Shown here: positions 20,490-30,161 of the stretch, piece by piece
How positions within the stretch are numbered: the first letter of the stretch is position 1
How the letters are laid out: each line of letters opens with the position of its first letter
Assembly: GCA_963817385.1 (NCBI GenBank)
Contig: CAWFOM010000018.1
Coordinates: 1-59,464, forward strand
DNA from: an uncultured delta proteobacterium
Lineage (GTDB): Bacteria > Desulfobacterota > Syntrophia > Syntrophales > UBA5619
Length of the DNA: 59,464 nucleotides
Direction of reading: 5' to 3'
The notes under the pieces: model-generated
Seen by the model: only the letters and a program-made list of their open reading frames with translations
Databases searched by the model: none
What the model was told of the DNA's origin: nothing
Program-made: the position numbers and the translations under genes

Positions 20490-21308
20490 TTATAACTGGA
20501 ACTTTCTCTTCATACCTACCACAGCGAACATCCCCAACCCAACAAAGAGGAGCGTAGAAGGTTCCGGGACAGTGTTGGGTTGATCGGTCTGAGTATAACC
20601 TCCATCCGAGGTGATCCATGTGCCGTCAGGCAGGTCAAAACTCAACGCCGCCGTTGAACCGAAATCTGCGGTGCCTCCAAAAAAGGCGCCCAATCCAATC
20701 CCCGTGGCGACCTCAAAAGGGATCCCCTCAATGACATCCGCATTCAACACGAGTTGGTGGTTAACGGTTTGAGATTCACAACTGCCGCTTTCGCAAAGGA
20801 CCTCAAAATAAACAGGGTTTTCGAGAGATGTCCCGGATGTCCTGATAGACGCACTAAAGAACGCGCTTGGAGTCCCGCCAGCGGGATTCCACGTCGTGGG
20901 GACTGACATGGATCCGCCAACAGTTAGATAGATTGAGAGACTCACAGAAGCGCCGGAGCTCGGGCCGTGAATAGTGTAGTAGTCTGAAATATTACCACCG
21001 GCGCTGGCATCGTATGCATTGTGAATCGCCGAAGAGACGGCATAAGCCTTTAACGTGCCGGATGCAGCGTCAACAGATGCCCAAGCTGTGGCGTCGCTTT
21101 GCGAATAAGTTGCATACGCCGTGTACGCTCCAGACGCATAATCCCCCGAGTTCGAAGCTGTCTCCACATTAGCTCCTGCCTCTACGACAGAGACGGCGTT
21201 GGCCGGAGAAACAGCAAGGCAAAAAAGAAAGCCAGTCAGAAGAACGCCTCCAGAAAGCATGCGGAGCATCCATGGAACAACTCTAACTCGTGTCGGTGTT
21301 TTTTTCAT
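20490..21308 (-). CDS. PEP-CTERM surface protein (exosortase substrate)
   Basis: Signal peptide ending ANA, Ser/Ala/Gly/Thr-rich body, C-terminal VPEPSTLLFVGLGMFAVVGMKRK. Confidence 0.92.
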   Translation of the reverse strand: MKKTPTRVRVVPWMLRMLSGGVLLTGFLFCLAVSPANAVSVVEAGANVETASNSGDYASGAYTAYATYSQSDATAWASVDAASGTLKAYAVSSAIHNAYDASAGGNISDYYTIHGPSSGASVSLSIYLTVGGSMSVPTTWNPAGGTPSAFFSASIRTSGTSLENPVYFEVLCESGSCESQTVNHQLVLNADVIEGIPFEVATGIGLGAFFGGTADFGSTAALSFDLPDGTWITSDGGYTQTDQPNTVPEPSTLLFVGLGMFAVVGMKRKFQL

Positions 21309-21461
21309 CTTTATTCTCCTTCATTCAATTTTTTGGTCAACTTTTGCATTTCTTAATATTGAAAAAACTAACCCATCCCGGCTATGTATGATTACCAAAG
21401 GAAACAAACAATAAGGTGGGCCATTTCTGACCCTGCCTATTGGTTTGGTTCTGTACCCGCT

Positions 21462-21541
21462 TTACTTTCTCACCTTTCTCCTAACACCTGCCAACCCGAT
21501 CAGACCAAGACCAAGAAGGAGCATGGTTGTGGGTTCGGGAC
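21462..21541 (-). pseudogene. Orphan PEP-CTERM sorting-domain remnant
   Basis: Minus strand reads PEPTTMLLLGLGLIGLAGVRRKVRK-stop with no upstream gene body. Confidence 0.75.
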
Positions 21542-21643
21542 GGAAGACGTTCCCGGAAACACGAGACTATAAAGTATGCAGCCTGATGTCTGTTCAATTA
21601 TGAGACTGTTTATATATACCACAATGTGGTAGAGTGATTAGCG

Positions 21644-21853
21644 AGCAAAAAATATACCCATGAAGCAATAGTTAACATATATATAAATATATTATATAGT
21701 TATAAAAAAAGTATTTGATTTTATGTCCGCAGTTATCAGTTTGAAAGTGTAAAATATTCCGACATATTTTATGCGCAGTTTTGTGGTATTTATGAAAAAA
21801 AGAATAATATTCAGCCTGATAGGCATGAATTGAGAAGTGTAAAAAATCCCGAC
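21644..21853 (-). promoter_or_regulatory. Putative sigma54 promoter with two upstream activator repeats
   Basis: GG-N10-GC (GGGTATATTTTTTGCT, 21659-21644); AT-rich spacer; repeats AAGTGTAAAAwATyCCGAC at 21745 and 21835 (17/19 identical). Confidence 0.55.
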
Positions 21854-21998
21854 GCCATTTTATGTCAAAAACAGCAATCAATGGTTAATAATATTTCCAT
21901 TGACTGATAACACCACTTTGTGGTTTTACTAACTAACATCGAAAAGTGTATCACGAGGCAGAGATTTCTCGAAATCTCGTTTGATGCAGGTGCTCCAA

Positions 21999-22376
21999 AT
22001 GGATAAAAACGAGTTTTCTCAAGTAAGGCATCATCTGACAAAAACGCAAATACAACTCTCACAGTTGTTAGGTACTTCTGCCAAGGCCGTTCAGAGTTTT
22101 GAGCAGGGATGGCGACCTATCCCTGTACACATTGAACGACAAATGTTGTTCCTGCTTGCACTAAAGAGTCTTCAAGGTAAAAAAACAGGACTTTGTTGGG
22201 CCAAACGTAGGTGTAACATGAATATGAGACGGAGATGTCCCGCATGGGAATTACGTGCGGGACACATTTGCTGGTTTATTACTGGCACGATGTGTACAGG
22301 TAAGGTTCAGGAAAGCTGGCAAAAAAAGATGATCATATGCCGGCAATGCGAAGTATTCCAGTCTACATTTCTGTAA
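21999..22376 (+). CDS. XRE-type HTH regulator with Cys/Trp-rich (two-CW-like) C-terminus
   Basis: KTQIQLSQLLGTSAKAVQSFEQGWR; CW...C...CPAW...CW...GTMC...CRQC. Confidence 0.8.
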   Translation: MDKNEFSQVRHHLTKTQIQLSQLLGTSAKAVQSFEQGWRPIPVHIERQMLFLLALKSLQGKKTGLCWAKRRCNMNMRRRCPAWELRAGHICWFITGTMCTGKVQESWQKKMIICRQCEVFQSTFL

Positions 22377-22484
22377 TTATGCTTTGCGTACAGCTTTGAA
22401 ATCTTTCATATCTTCAACAAAACAGATTTAGCCAGCTCAGTCAAAAATCTTTAGTGAATAGAAAGACATACTATCCCGATACGT

Positions 22485-24434
22485 TTAAGTTTGATGAACC
22501 AGGTTCCCCGTCTCGTGCACCTCGTATCCGCCGATGGCCAGCGCTTTCTCTTTGAATTCGTCGGAGCGGATGATTTCGATAAGAAGCCGTATCTTTTCGT
22601 CTTCGAGATACGCGCTCGGGATGACGAGGTCGTAGCGTTCCCTCGTGACGGGAACGAAATCGAGCGAAAGCGCCTTCGCGGCGGCGTATATGCCGAGGCC
22701 GGTGTCTGCCGTGCCGGAGACCACCGCCATGGCGACGTTCATGTGCGTGTATTCCTCGTTATGGTAGCCGACAACGCGCTCGGTGGGGATGCAGGCCTTG
22801 GCGAGTTCGTGGTCGAGCAGGATGCGTGTGCCGGAGCCGCTCTGGCGGTTGACGAACACAACGTCCGCACGGGCCAGATCGCGGATCCCCTCGATCTTTT
22901 TCGGGTTGCCTTCCGGTATCATGAATCCCTGCCACCGGTGGACGAGCGTGACGAGTGAGACCGGCATGTCCGGGATGTACCTCTGGATATAAGAGCGGTT
23001 GTAATCGCCGGTGGCGGTATCGAGCAGGTGTGAACCGGCGAAGTGTGCCGTCTGCCTCTTCACCGCAAGCAGGCCGCCGATGCTGCCTACATTGCTGGAT
23101 GAAATATGAATCCTGCCTCCGGTCTTTTCCTTGAGGAGGCTGTTGAGCAGATCGATGGTCAGGTCGTGGGAGCCGATCGCGAGAAGCCGGTCGTTCATTG
23201 CCTCTCTGGGGCCGAGCAGTTCCACGCGCACGACTTCCCCTTCGGAGATCCCGTTTACATCCTGCGGGATGCGGAGGATTCCGTCCGCACGCACGATGGA
23301 GGTGATCACGCCCGCGCCGCCGCCGATCGGCATCGCGACGGCCTTCCCGCCAACGTACCCGAGGATCACCCGGATCTGTTCTTCGAGTCCCAGCTTCGAC
23401 GGGATCTTGCGTCCGACTATCGCTTCGACCCTGTCATACGCCGGCGGCGTGATCCCCTGCATGATATAGAGAAGGGGGCGTGAAAATTCCCTGAACGCGA
23501 CCGCCGCCGACACGGGATATCCGGGAATGCCGACAATGGGCCGCCCGTCAATCGCGGCCAGGAGGGCGGGTTTGCCGGGCATGACGGCGATTCCGTGCAC
23601 CAGCAGTTCGCCGAGTTCTTCGAGGAGCGCGGGAGTGAAGTCTTCCGATCCGGCGGACGATCCGGCGATGAGCATGACGAGATCGTACGGGCCTGCGAGC
23701 GCGGCTTCAAGAGCGCTCTGCAGCTTGCCGGGGACGTCCGGCACGGGCCGGAGAATTTCCGCATCCGCACCGCATTCCGCGGCCAGCGAGGCGAGCATCT
23801 GCCCGTTCACTTCGAGCAGGGCGCCTTTCGGCAGGGGCGACGGCGCCTCTTCCGGGCGGACGATCTCGTCGCCGGTGGGGATGATCAGAACGCGCGGCCT
23901 TTTGAATACCTCGACGGAGAGAACCCCGGCGGCGAGCAAAGCGGCCTGGTCGTAAGGCCGGATGCGATGGCGGGCCGGGAGGATGATTTCCCCTTGTACG
24001 ATATCTTCTCCGGCTTTGCGGATGTTCCGCCACGGATAGGCGGCTTCGCTGATGTTCCAGCCCTGATCCGTTTCCTCCACCTTCTCGATCATCACGACGG
24101 CGTCTTTTCCCTCGGGGAGAGGATCGCCGGTATCCACCATTTTCCCGGCATAACGCGGAATGACAACCGGTTTTTCGGGCAAGGCGCCGAATGTGTCGGA
24201 GGCGTTCACCGCGATACCATCCATCGCGGCGGCATGGTACGCCGGCACGGAGGCAAGCGCCTTCACGGGTCCGCGAAGCATGCGTCCGAGCGCCTCCCGA
24301 ACGGGAACGACCTCCGTTCCGACCCGCAGGTTGCCGAACCGTTCCCGGAGGATGCGCCCCGCCTCAGCAAGAGTTTTCAGGTGGCGGTATATTCTTTTTT
24401 TCCGTTCCATACGGTGCACATTCCCCTGGTTCAA
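22485..24434 (-). CDS. moeA: MoeA fused to a periplasmic-binding-protein-like domain
   Basis: AAMDGIAV, DTGDPLP, PTGDE, GSSAGSED, PGYPVS; C-terminal GSHD and NRQSGSGTRILLD. Confidence 0.92.
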   Translation of the reverse strand: MNQGNVHRMERKKRIYRHLKTLAEAGRILRERFGNLRVGTEVVPVREALGRMLRGPVKALASVPAYHAAAMDGIAVNASDTFGALPEKPVVIPRYAGKMVDTGDPLPEGKDAVVMIEKVEETDQGWNISEAAYPWRNIRKAGEDIVQGEIILPARHRIRPYDQAALLAAGVLSVEVFKRPRVLIIPTGDEIVRPEEAPSPLPKGALLEVNGQMLASLAAECGADAEILRPVPDVPGKLQSALEAALAGPYDLVMLIAGSSAGSEDFTPALLEELGELLVHGIAVMPGKPALLAAIDGRPIVGIPGYPVSAAVAFREFSRPLLYIMQGITPPAYDRVEAIVGRKIPSKLGLEEQIRVILGYVGGKAVAMPIGGGAGVITSIVRADGILRIPQDVNGISEGEVVRVELLGPREAMNDRLLAIGSHDLTIDLLNSLLKEKTGGRIHISSSNVGSIGGLLAVKRQTAHFAGSHLLDTATGDYNRSYIQRYIPDMPVSLVTLVHRWQGFMIPEGNPKKIEGIRDLARADVVFVNRQSGSGTRILLDHELAKACIPTERVVGYHNEEYTHMNVAMAVVSGTADTGLGIYAAAKALSLDFVPVTRERYDLVIPSAYLEDEKIRLLIEIIRSDEFKEKALAIGGYEVHETGNLVHQT

Positions 24435-25663
24435 AACAGGATTACCTCTACCATTTCCCCGGCGGGGATGCCTTCGGTGTGTATCGGGACGACAAAGAAG
24501 CCGTCCGCCTTCACGAACGTGGACAGCATGCCGGACTTGCCGAAGACCGGCCGCGCACTGATGCGGCCTTGAGTGTCTTCAATTTTCACCCGTACGTATT
24601 CCTCGCGCCCCTGCGCCGAATGGACGGATGCGGTCAGCGCCGCGCGCACCCGCGTGCCTGCCGGCCCACGGATCATTTCTTCCCCTCCGAGATACCGGAG
24701 AAACGGCGTGAGAAAGACCTGTGCCACCAGGAGAGCCGAGACCGGATGTCCCGGAAGCCCGAATACCGGTTTACCCCCCACCGAGGCGATGAGCGTCGGC
24801 TTGCCCGGGCTGATTGCGATCCCGTGCGCGTATATTACTGCGCCGGGCATCGAAGAGACGACATTCACCATGTGGTCGCGCTCGCCAACCGAACTGCCGC
24901 CGGAGAGCACGACGACATCCGCGGAGTTCAGCGCCTTTTCAAGTGCGAACCTGAGCAGAGCCGGGTCGTCCGGCACGATTTCGAACGGTACGGCTTCGCT
25001 GCCCGAATCCTCCACGAGCGCGGCGATGGAATGCGCATTGATGTCTCTGATCTGCCCCGGCGGCGGAGCGGCCGTGGCGGGAACAATTTCGTCCCCGGTG
25101 GAAATGACGGCCGCCTTCGGTCTTCGATATACCGCGACCTGCGCGATGCCGAGTCCTGCAAGCAGGCCGATGTCCTGGGGAAGGAGGCGCTTCCCGGCGG
25201 AGATCACGATTTCGCCCCTCGCCACATCCTCTGCTTTGCCGAGAATGTTTTCCCCGACGGTCACCGGTCGGGTTACTTCGATCGCTCCTTTCCCGGCGGG
25301 GCTCGTGTATTCCACCATCACTACGGCATCCGCCCCCGTGGGGAGGAATCCACCCGTGGGGATCGCCACTGCCTTGTTCCTGTCAACGGAGATGTCGGTG
25401 ATTTTTCCCATGGCGACCGCACCGGCCAGGTCGAGGAACGCGGGGATCGAATCCGACGCGCCGAAGGTGTCCGACGCGCGCACGGCGTAACCGTCCATCG
25501 TCGAGCGGGGCTGGGGAGGGAGGTCCTCCGGCGAGGCGATATCCGCACTACTCACCCTGCGGAGGGCAGCATCGAGCGGCACGGTTTCAACCGCAACTCG
25601 GCTGAAACCGGCGAGTGCCTCGAATACCTGGTCAGGCGTCGCAACTTTTAAGAATTCAGGCAA
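24431..25663 (-). CDS. moeA: Molybdopterin/tungstopterin metal insertase MoeA
   Basis: STMDGYAV, GADAVVMVE, STGDE, SGGSSVGERD, PGKPT, LPGHPVS. Confidence 0.93.
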   Translation of the reverse strand: MPEFLKVATPDQVFEALAGFSRVAVETVPLDAALRRVSSADIASPEDLPPQPRSTMDGYAVRASDTFGASDSIPAFLDLAGAVAMGKITDISVDRNKAVAIPTGGFLPTGADAVVMVEYTSPAGKGAIEVTRPVTVGENILGKAEDVARGEIVISAGKRLLPQDIGLLAGLGIAQVAVYRRPKAAVISTGDEIVPATAAPPPGQIRDINAHSIAALVEDSGSEAVPFEIVPDDPALLRFALEKALNSADVVVLSGGSSVGERDHMVNVVSSMPGAVIYAHGIAISPGKPTLIASVGGKPVFGLPGHPVSALLVAQVFLTPFLRYLGGEEMIRGPAGTRVRAALTASVHSAQGREEYVRVKIEDTQGRISARPVFGKSGMLSTFVKADGFFVVPIHTEGIPAGEMVEVILF

Positions 25664-25941
25664 CGCATCCTCATGTGCTGGTGAAAAAAAATACCATTAG
25701 TCAATCTTCTGTGTGGATAACACGTGACTGGTCGACATTGCATCCTCGCCAGGAGAGTCATCCACGGCACTCTCGGTTGCATCCGCATCCTGATCCGTGA
25801 GCGAGTCATATGACATAAACGGGTATGCTGTCAAGCAGATGTCGCCGGCGCGCGGATCATTTCTTGTCTTGATCGGCGTCACCTGACGGTTCTGTTTTGT
25901 ACGAAGTTGTAGTAAAAAGTTAATATGAGGAAGTTTTTATC

Positions 25942-25970
25942 TTGACAGCCCTATCCCCGTTGTTTATGCT
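25942..25970 (+). promoter_or_regulatory. Sigma70-type promoter of the regulator/tup genes
   Basis: TTGACA-17 bp-TATGCT, 25 bp before ATG 25995. Confidence 0.65.
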
Positions 25971-25994
25971 ACACGTGACTGGAGGGAGAAGCGC

Positions 25995-26912
25995 ATGTCG
26001 GATGAGCTGATGAATACCAAGGAAGTTGCCGGCTACCTGGGCATCCATGAAAAACAGGTTTACGCCCTGATAAAGACGGGACGAATGCCGGCTACGCGGG
26101 TTACGGGGAAGTGGATATTTCCGAAGAAGGTGATCGACGGATGGATCGAGGCTAACGCAAAATCCGGGCTTGAAGAGGCGCGCGAAAAAGGCGGCCGTAT
26201 CGCCGGCGCTCTTTTGGCATCGGGCAGCAACGATCCGGTTCTCGATATCCTTCAGACCTGTTTGCGGAAGGCCCATCCGGAATTCCTCATCTTTTCTGCC
26301 AATACGGGCAGCAGGGAAGGGCTCTTTGCGCTTGACAGAGGCTGGACGGACATTGCCTGGTCGCACCTTTTCCATCCCGAAAGCGGTGAGTACAATATCC
26401 CTTATCTGGACGAATATCTGCCCCATGTCAGGCCGGTCGTCGTCAATCTCTTCTACCGGGAGCTCGGTTTTCTCACCACCCGAGGGAATCCGCTCGGTAT
26501 CGGCGGTTTCGAGGATCTCACGAAGGAGGGAGTACGCTTCATAAACCGCCAGGCCGGCTCGGGGACGCGACTCCTTCTTGATTATCGCGTGGGGAAAGAG
26601 GGAATTTCGTCCGATCGTATTTCCGGTTACGGCCAGGAGGTATTCACCCATATCGAAGTCGGGCTCGCAGTGCTTTCCGGCGAGGCGGATACCGGCATCG
26701 CCACGTCCGCGGTTTCGAGCCTCCTCGGCCTCGGTTTCATACCAATCACCAGGGAGCGTTTCGACATGATCCTTGACCAACCGGTCTTTTTTCAGAAAGG
26801 GGTCCAGGCGCTGATGGGAGTTCTGGCCGGCGAGGAGTTTCGTAAGAGAGTGAAAAATCTGGGAAGCTATGACTTCAGAGATGCGGGGAAAATCCTGTAC
26901 TCTAAGCCTTAG
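25995..26912 (+). CDS. Excisionase-type HTH plus PBP-like domain regulator (TaoR-like architecture)
   Basis: LMNTKEVAGYLGIHEKQVY...PATRVTGKWIF; GSND, NRQAGSGTRLLLD, ERFD. Confidence 0.85.
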   Translation: MSDELMNTKEVAGYLGIHEKQVYALIKTGRMPATRVTGKWIFPKKVIDGWIEANAKSGLEEAREKGGRIAGALLASGSNDPVLDILQTCLRKAHPEFLIFSANTGSREGLFALDRGWTDIAWSHLFHPESGEYNIPYLDEYLPHVRPVVVNLFYRELGFLTTRGNPLGIGGFEDLTKEGVRFINRQAGSGTRLLLDYRVGKEGISSDRISGYGQEVFTHIEVGLAVLSGEADTGIATSAVSSLLGLGFIPITRERFDMILDQPVFFQKGVQALMGVLAGEEFRKRVKNLGSYDFRDAGKILYSKP

Positions 26913-27033
26913 CGCTATTCTTCACCAACTCCGATGCCTGGCGAAAGAGCCAGGGGAAATGATGGTATTTCACGGTCAGTGGCGATCCGCCGCGGGAGGC
27001 GGACGCCGGGATTCGAAAGGATAGGAGGTTACG

Positions 27034-27894
27034 ATGAGAAAACGGTATTTGCAAAAGGAGTTGGCGGCGGTGATCCTTGCCGCGGTTTTCCTGATCGGCA
27101 TGGTGTCGCCCGCCACGGCGGCTGGACCGTCCCAAAAGAACCTGCTCCTGGCCACGACGACCAGCACCCAGGATTCGGGACTCCTCGACGTCCTGATCCC
27201 CGCTTTCGAGAAAAAGACGGGCTATTTCGTCAAGACGATCGCCGTCGGTTCAGGCCAGGCGATGGCGATGGGGCAGAAGGGGGAAGCGGACGTTCTCCTC
27301 GTCCATTCCCCCGACGCGGAAAAGAAGTTCATGGCGGACGGGTTCGGCGTCGATCGCCTGATCGTCATGCACAATGATTTCGTTGTTGTCGGTCCGGCGA
27401 CTGATCCTGCGGCGATCAAAGGATCGAAGAGCACTCCCGAAGGATTCAAGAAAATAGCTGCGGCCGGTTCCCCCTTCCTGTCACGAGGGGACAACTCTGG
27501 CACCCACTCCAAGGAGAAGGGGATCTGGAAAGCCGCCGGGATCAATCCCGAGGGACAGAGGTGGTACCAGCAGACCGGGCTCGGGATGGGGCAGACCCTG
27601 AACGTTGCGTCGGAGAAGAAGGGATACACCCTCGCAGACCGGGGGACCTGGCTTGCCATGCAGAAGAACCTCGCCCTCCCCATCCTGATGGAGGGGGATC
27701 CGATCCTGCTGAACGTCTATCACGTGATCGGCGTCAACCCGGCCAAATGGCCGAAGGTGAATGCCGAAGGCGCGAAGTCATTCTCCGACTACATGGTCTC
27801 CGCAGAAACTCAGGGGATCATCAAGACCTTCGGCGTGGAGAAGTACGGCGGAGCGCTCTTCTTCCCCGACGCGGGCAAGCCGGAGTACGACTAA
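27034..27894 (+). CDS. tupA: Tungstate ABC transporter substrate-binding protein
   Basis: Signature ATTTSTQDSGLL, AVGSGQA, SRGDNSGTH, GLGMG. Confidence 0.94.
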   Translation: MRKRYLQKELAAVILAAVFLIGMVSPATAAGPSQKNLLLATTTSTQDSGLLDVLIPAFEKKTGYFVKTIAVGSGQAMAMGQKGEADVLLVHSPDAEKKFMADGFGVDRLIVMHNDFVVVGPATDPAAIKGSKSTPEGFKKIAAAGSPFLSRGDNSGTHSKEKGIWKAAGINPEGQRWYQQTGLGMGQTLNVASEKKGYTLADRGTWLAMQKNLALPILMEGDPILLNVYHVIGVNPAKWPKVNAEGAKSFSDYMVSAETQGIIKTFGVEKYGGALFFPDAGKPEYD

Positions 27895-27984
27895 TCATTG
27901 CGGTAAAACAGTGAAAACGGGCGTTGCCGGGGTGGGTTTGCGCCCCCTTTGACGCCCACCGGAACAGGACGGGCGGTGCACTCG

Positions 27985-28683
27985 ATGGATCTGATTCTGG
28001 AAGGGATCCAAAAGGCCATTTATCTCATCTTCTCACTGGACGCGGAGGTCGTGGGGATCACGTTCCTGTCCCTGAAGGTGTCGGGGACGGCGACGCTGAT
28101 CAGCCTCTTCATCGGGATCACAGCCGGGACAGTCGTGGCCCTGACCCGATTCCCGGGGAGGCAACTTGTGGTGAGCATCATCAACACGGGGATGGGGCTC
28201 CCGCCCGTGGTCGTGGGCCTTTTCGTGACGATCTTCCTCTGGCGGAACGGGCCGCTCGGTTTCCTGGAGATCCTCTATACCCCGACGGCCATCATTCTGG
28301 CCCAGGCCGTTATCGCCACCCCGATCGTCACGGGGATCACCCTGGCGTCCATCCAGCATCTACCGGCGAACCTCCGCCTCCAGATCCTCGCCCTGGGTGC
28401 GACGCGCGTCCAGATGGTTTGGCTCCTGGTCAAGGAGGCGCGCCTGCCGCTCCTGGCGGCCGTGATGGCCGGATTCGGCGGCGTTATCTCGGAGGTCGGT
28501 GCCTCCATCATGGTCGGCGGCAACATCAAGGGGTACTCCCGGGTTTTGACGACGGCGACGGTCATGGAAACGGGACGGGGGAACTTCGACGTCGCAATCG
28601 CCCTCTCGGTCATCCTGATGCTCCTGTCCTTTATCGTCAACGCCATCCTCACTCAAATCCAGCAGCGGGAGAGACCCCGATGA
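27985..28683 (+). CDS. tupB: Tungstate ABC transporter permease
   Basis: MGLPPVVVGL, ISEVGASIMVGGNI, RVLTTA. Confidence 0.92.
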   Translation: MDLILEGIQKAIYLIFSLDAEVVGITFLSLKVSGTATLISLFIGITAGTVVALTRFPGRQLVVSIINTGMGLPPVVVGLFVTIFLWRNGPLGFLEILYTPTAIILAQAVIATPIVTGITLASIQHLPANLRLQILALGATRVQMVWLLVKEARLPLLAAVMAGFGGVISEVGASIMVGGNIKGYSRVLTTATVMETGRGNFDVAIALSVILMLLSFIVNAILTQIQQRERPR

Positions 28684-29792
28684 ACTCTGCCGGAAATCCG
28701 GAAATTCTTCTTCAGGCTGAGGATCTTCTGGTTCGCAGGGGCGGGGTGACGGTCCTCGACATCCCGGCCTTGAGCGTGTTTGAGGAGCAGATCCTCGTCC
28801 TGATCGGCCCGAACGGAGCGGGAAAATCAACGCTGCTGCTGACGCTCGCCGGCCTGCTCAAGACGGCGCGGGGTGACCTTTGGTTTAGGGGGGAACGGAT
28901 CGGGAACGGCGGGTTCGACTACCGTCGCCACATCGCGATGGTCTTCCAGGAGCCGCTCCTGTTCGATACGACCGTGTTCGGGAACGTCGCCGCGGGGCTT
29001 AAGCTCCGGGGTGTCGCGCGGCCGGAGATCGAACGGACGGTTCCCGAATACTTGGAACGCTTCGGCGTGGGCCACCTGTCGAAGCGCTCCGCCCGCAAGC
29101 TCTCGGGCGGTGAGGCGCAACGGACCAGCCTCGCCCGGGCCTTCGTCACGAAGCCGGAGATCGTTTTCCTCGACGAACCCTTCTCCGCGCTCGATCCGCC
29201 GACGCGCGAGGCGCTGACCGGCGATCTCGAACGGATCCTCCGCGAGACGCACACAACGGCGGTCGCCTCGACCCACGACCAGACGGAGGCCCTCCGGCTG
29301 GGCGACCGGCTGGCGGTGGTCAACGGGGGAAGGATCGCTCAGATCGGTCCGGTGGCCGAGGTGATAAACCGGCCCGCGGACGAGTTCGTCGCCTCTTTCG
29401 TGGGGGTGGAGACGGTCCTGCCGGGACGGGTCCTCGAGACCTCCGACGGGTTGTTCACGGCTGCCGTGGAGGGCGGTGAGATCCAGGCGGTCGGTCATGT
29501 CCGAACGGGAGAGCGGGTCCTCTGTTGCATACGGCCGGAACAGGTAACCCTGTCCGCGATCAACCCGGTTCGGAAGTCCAGTGAGCGGAACGTCTTTTCG
29601 GGAACGATCCGGAAGATCACGCCGCTCGGGCTTATCTATCGGGTCCGCCTCGACTGCGGCTTCGATCTGGTCTCCTATGTGACGCGCCAGTCCATCGACG
29701 AGCTCTCGCTGGCGGAGGGGAATGAGGTCGCCGCCTCCTTCAAGGCGACGGCGGTCCATGTCATCCCCCGCCGGGACGCGTCGCCGACGTAG
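28680..29792 (+). CDS. tupC: Tungstate ABC transporter ATPase with TOBE domains
   Basis: GPNGAGKST, LSGGE, FLDEPF, C-terminal ASFKATAV; ATGA overlap with tupB. Confidence 0.9.
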   Translation: MNSAGNPEILLQAEDLLVRRGGVTVLDIPALSVFEEQILVLIGPNGAGKSTLLLTLAGLLKTARGDLWFRGERIGNGGFDYRRHIAMVFQEPLLFDTTVFGNVAAGLKLRGVARPEIERTVPEYLERFGVGHLSKRSARKLSGGEAQRTSLARAFVTKPEIVFLDEPFSALDPPTREALTGDLERILRETHTTAVASTHDQTEALRLGDRLAVVNGGRIAQIGPVAEVINRPADEFVASFVGVETVLPGRVLETSDGLFTAAVEGGEIQAVGHVRTGERVLCCIRPEQVTLSAINPVRKSSERNVFSGTIRKITPLGLIYRVRLDCGFDLVSYVTRQSIDELSLAEGNEVAASFKATAVHVIPRRDASPT

Positions 29793-30161
29793 CTATATGA
29801 GTCATTCGACGGATCATTTCACCCACCTCCGTCCTCAATCAAAAGCATTGACTTTTCCGTCACAAGCGGTACATTTAAGGGACATATCCACCGGACGCGT
29901 CGGACGAAGGCCGACCGGTTTATCCGCTCTTTGCAAATAGATCTCATGGTTGAACAACGATCGGCTGGGTGAAGATCTGCGGAGTTTTTACGTCTGGCAG
30001 AGCGTTCTCGGTATCGATACCGCTCTGGAAAGGGGGTGAGAGACGTCACGCACGATCAGAGAGCTCGAAACTTGATGCGTTGTCTTTACGTCCTGCATTA
30101 ACTTTTCATTCTTTATTCTCCCGCCTGTGGCCGGGGAGAACAGGAAGTATGGAGGTTGACT

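Noticed and set aside
27924..28679. N-terminal extension making a 622-aa TupC
   Set aside because: Overlaps tupB in another frame; the real start is the ATGA overlap at 28680.
29880..30110. Possible glycine riboswitch (CTCTGGAAAG...CAGAG) in the transporter leader
   Set aside because: Core GCCGAAG and CTCTCAGG elements are absent; the long leader remains unexplained.
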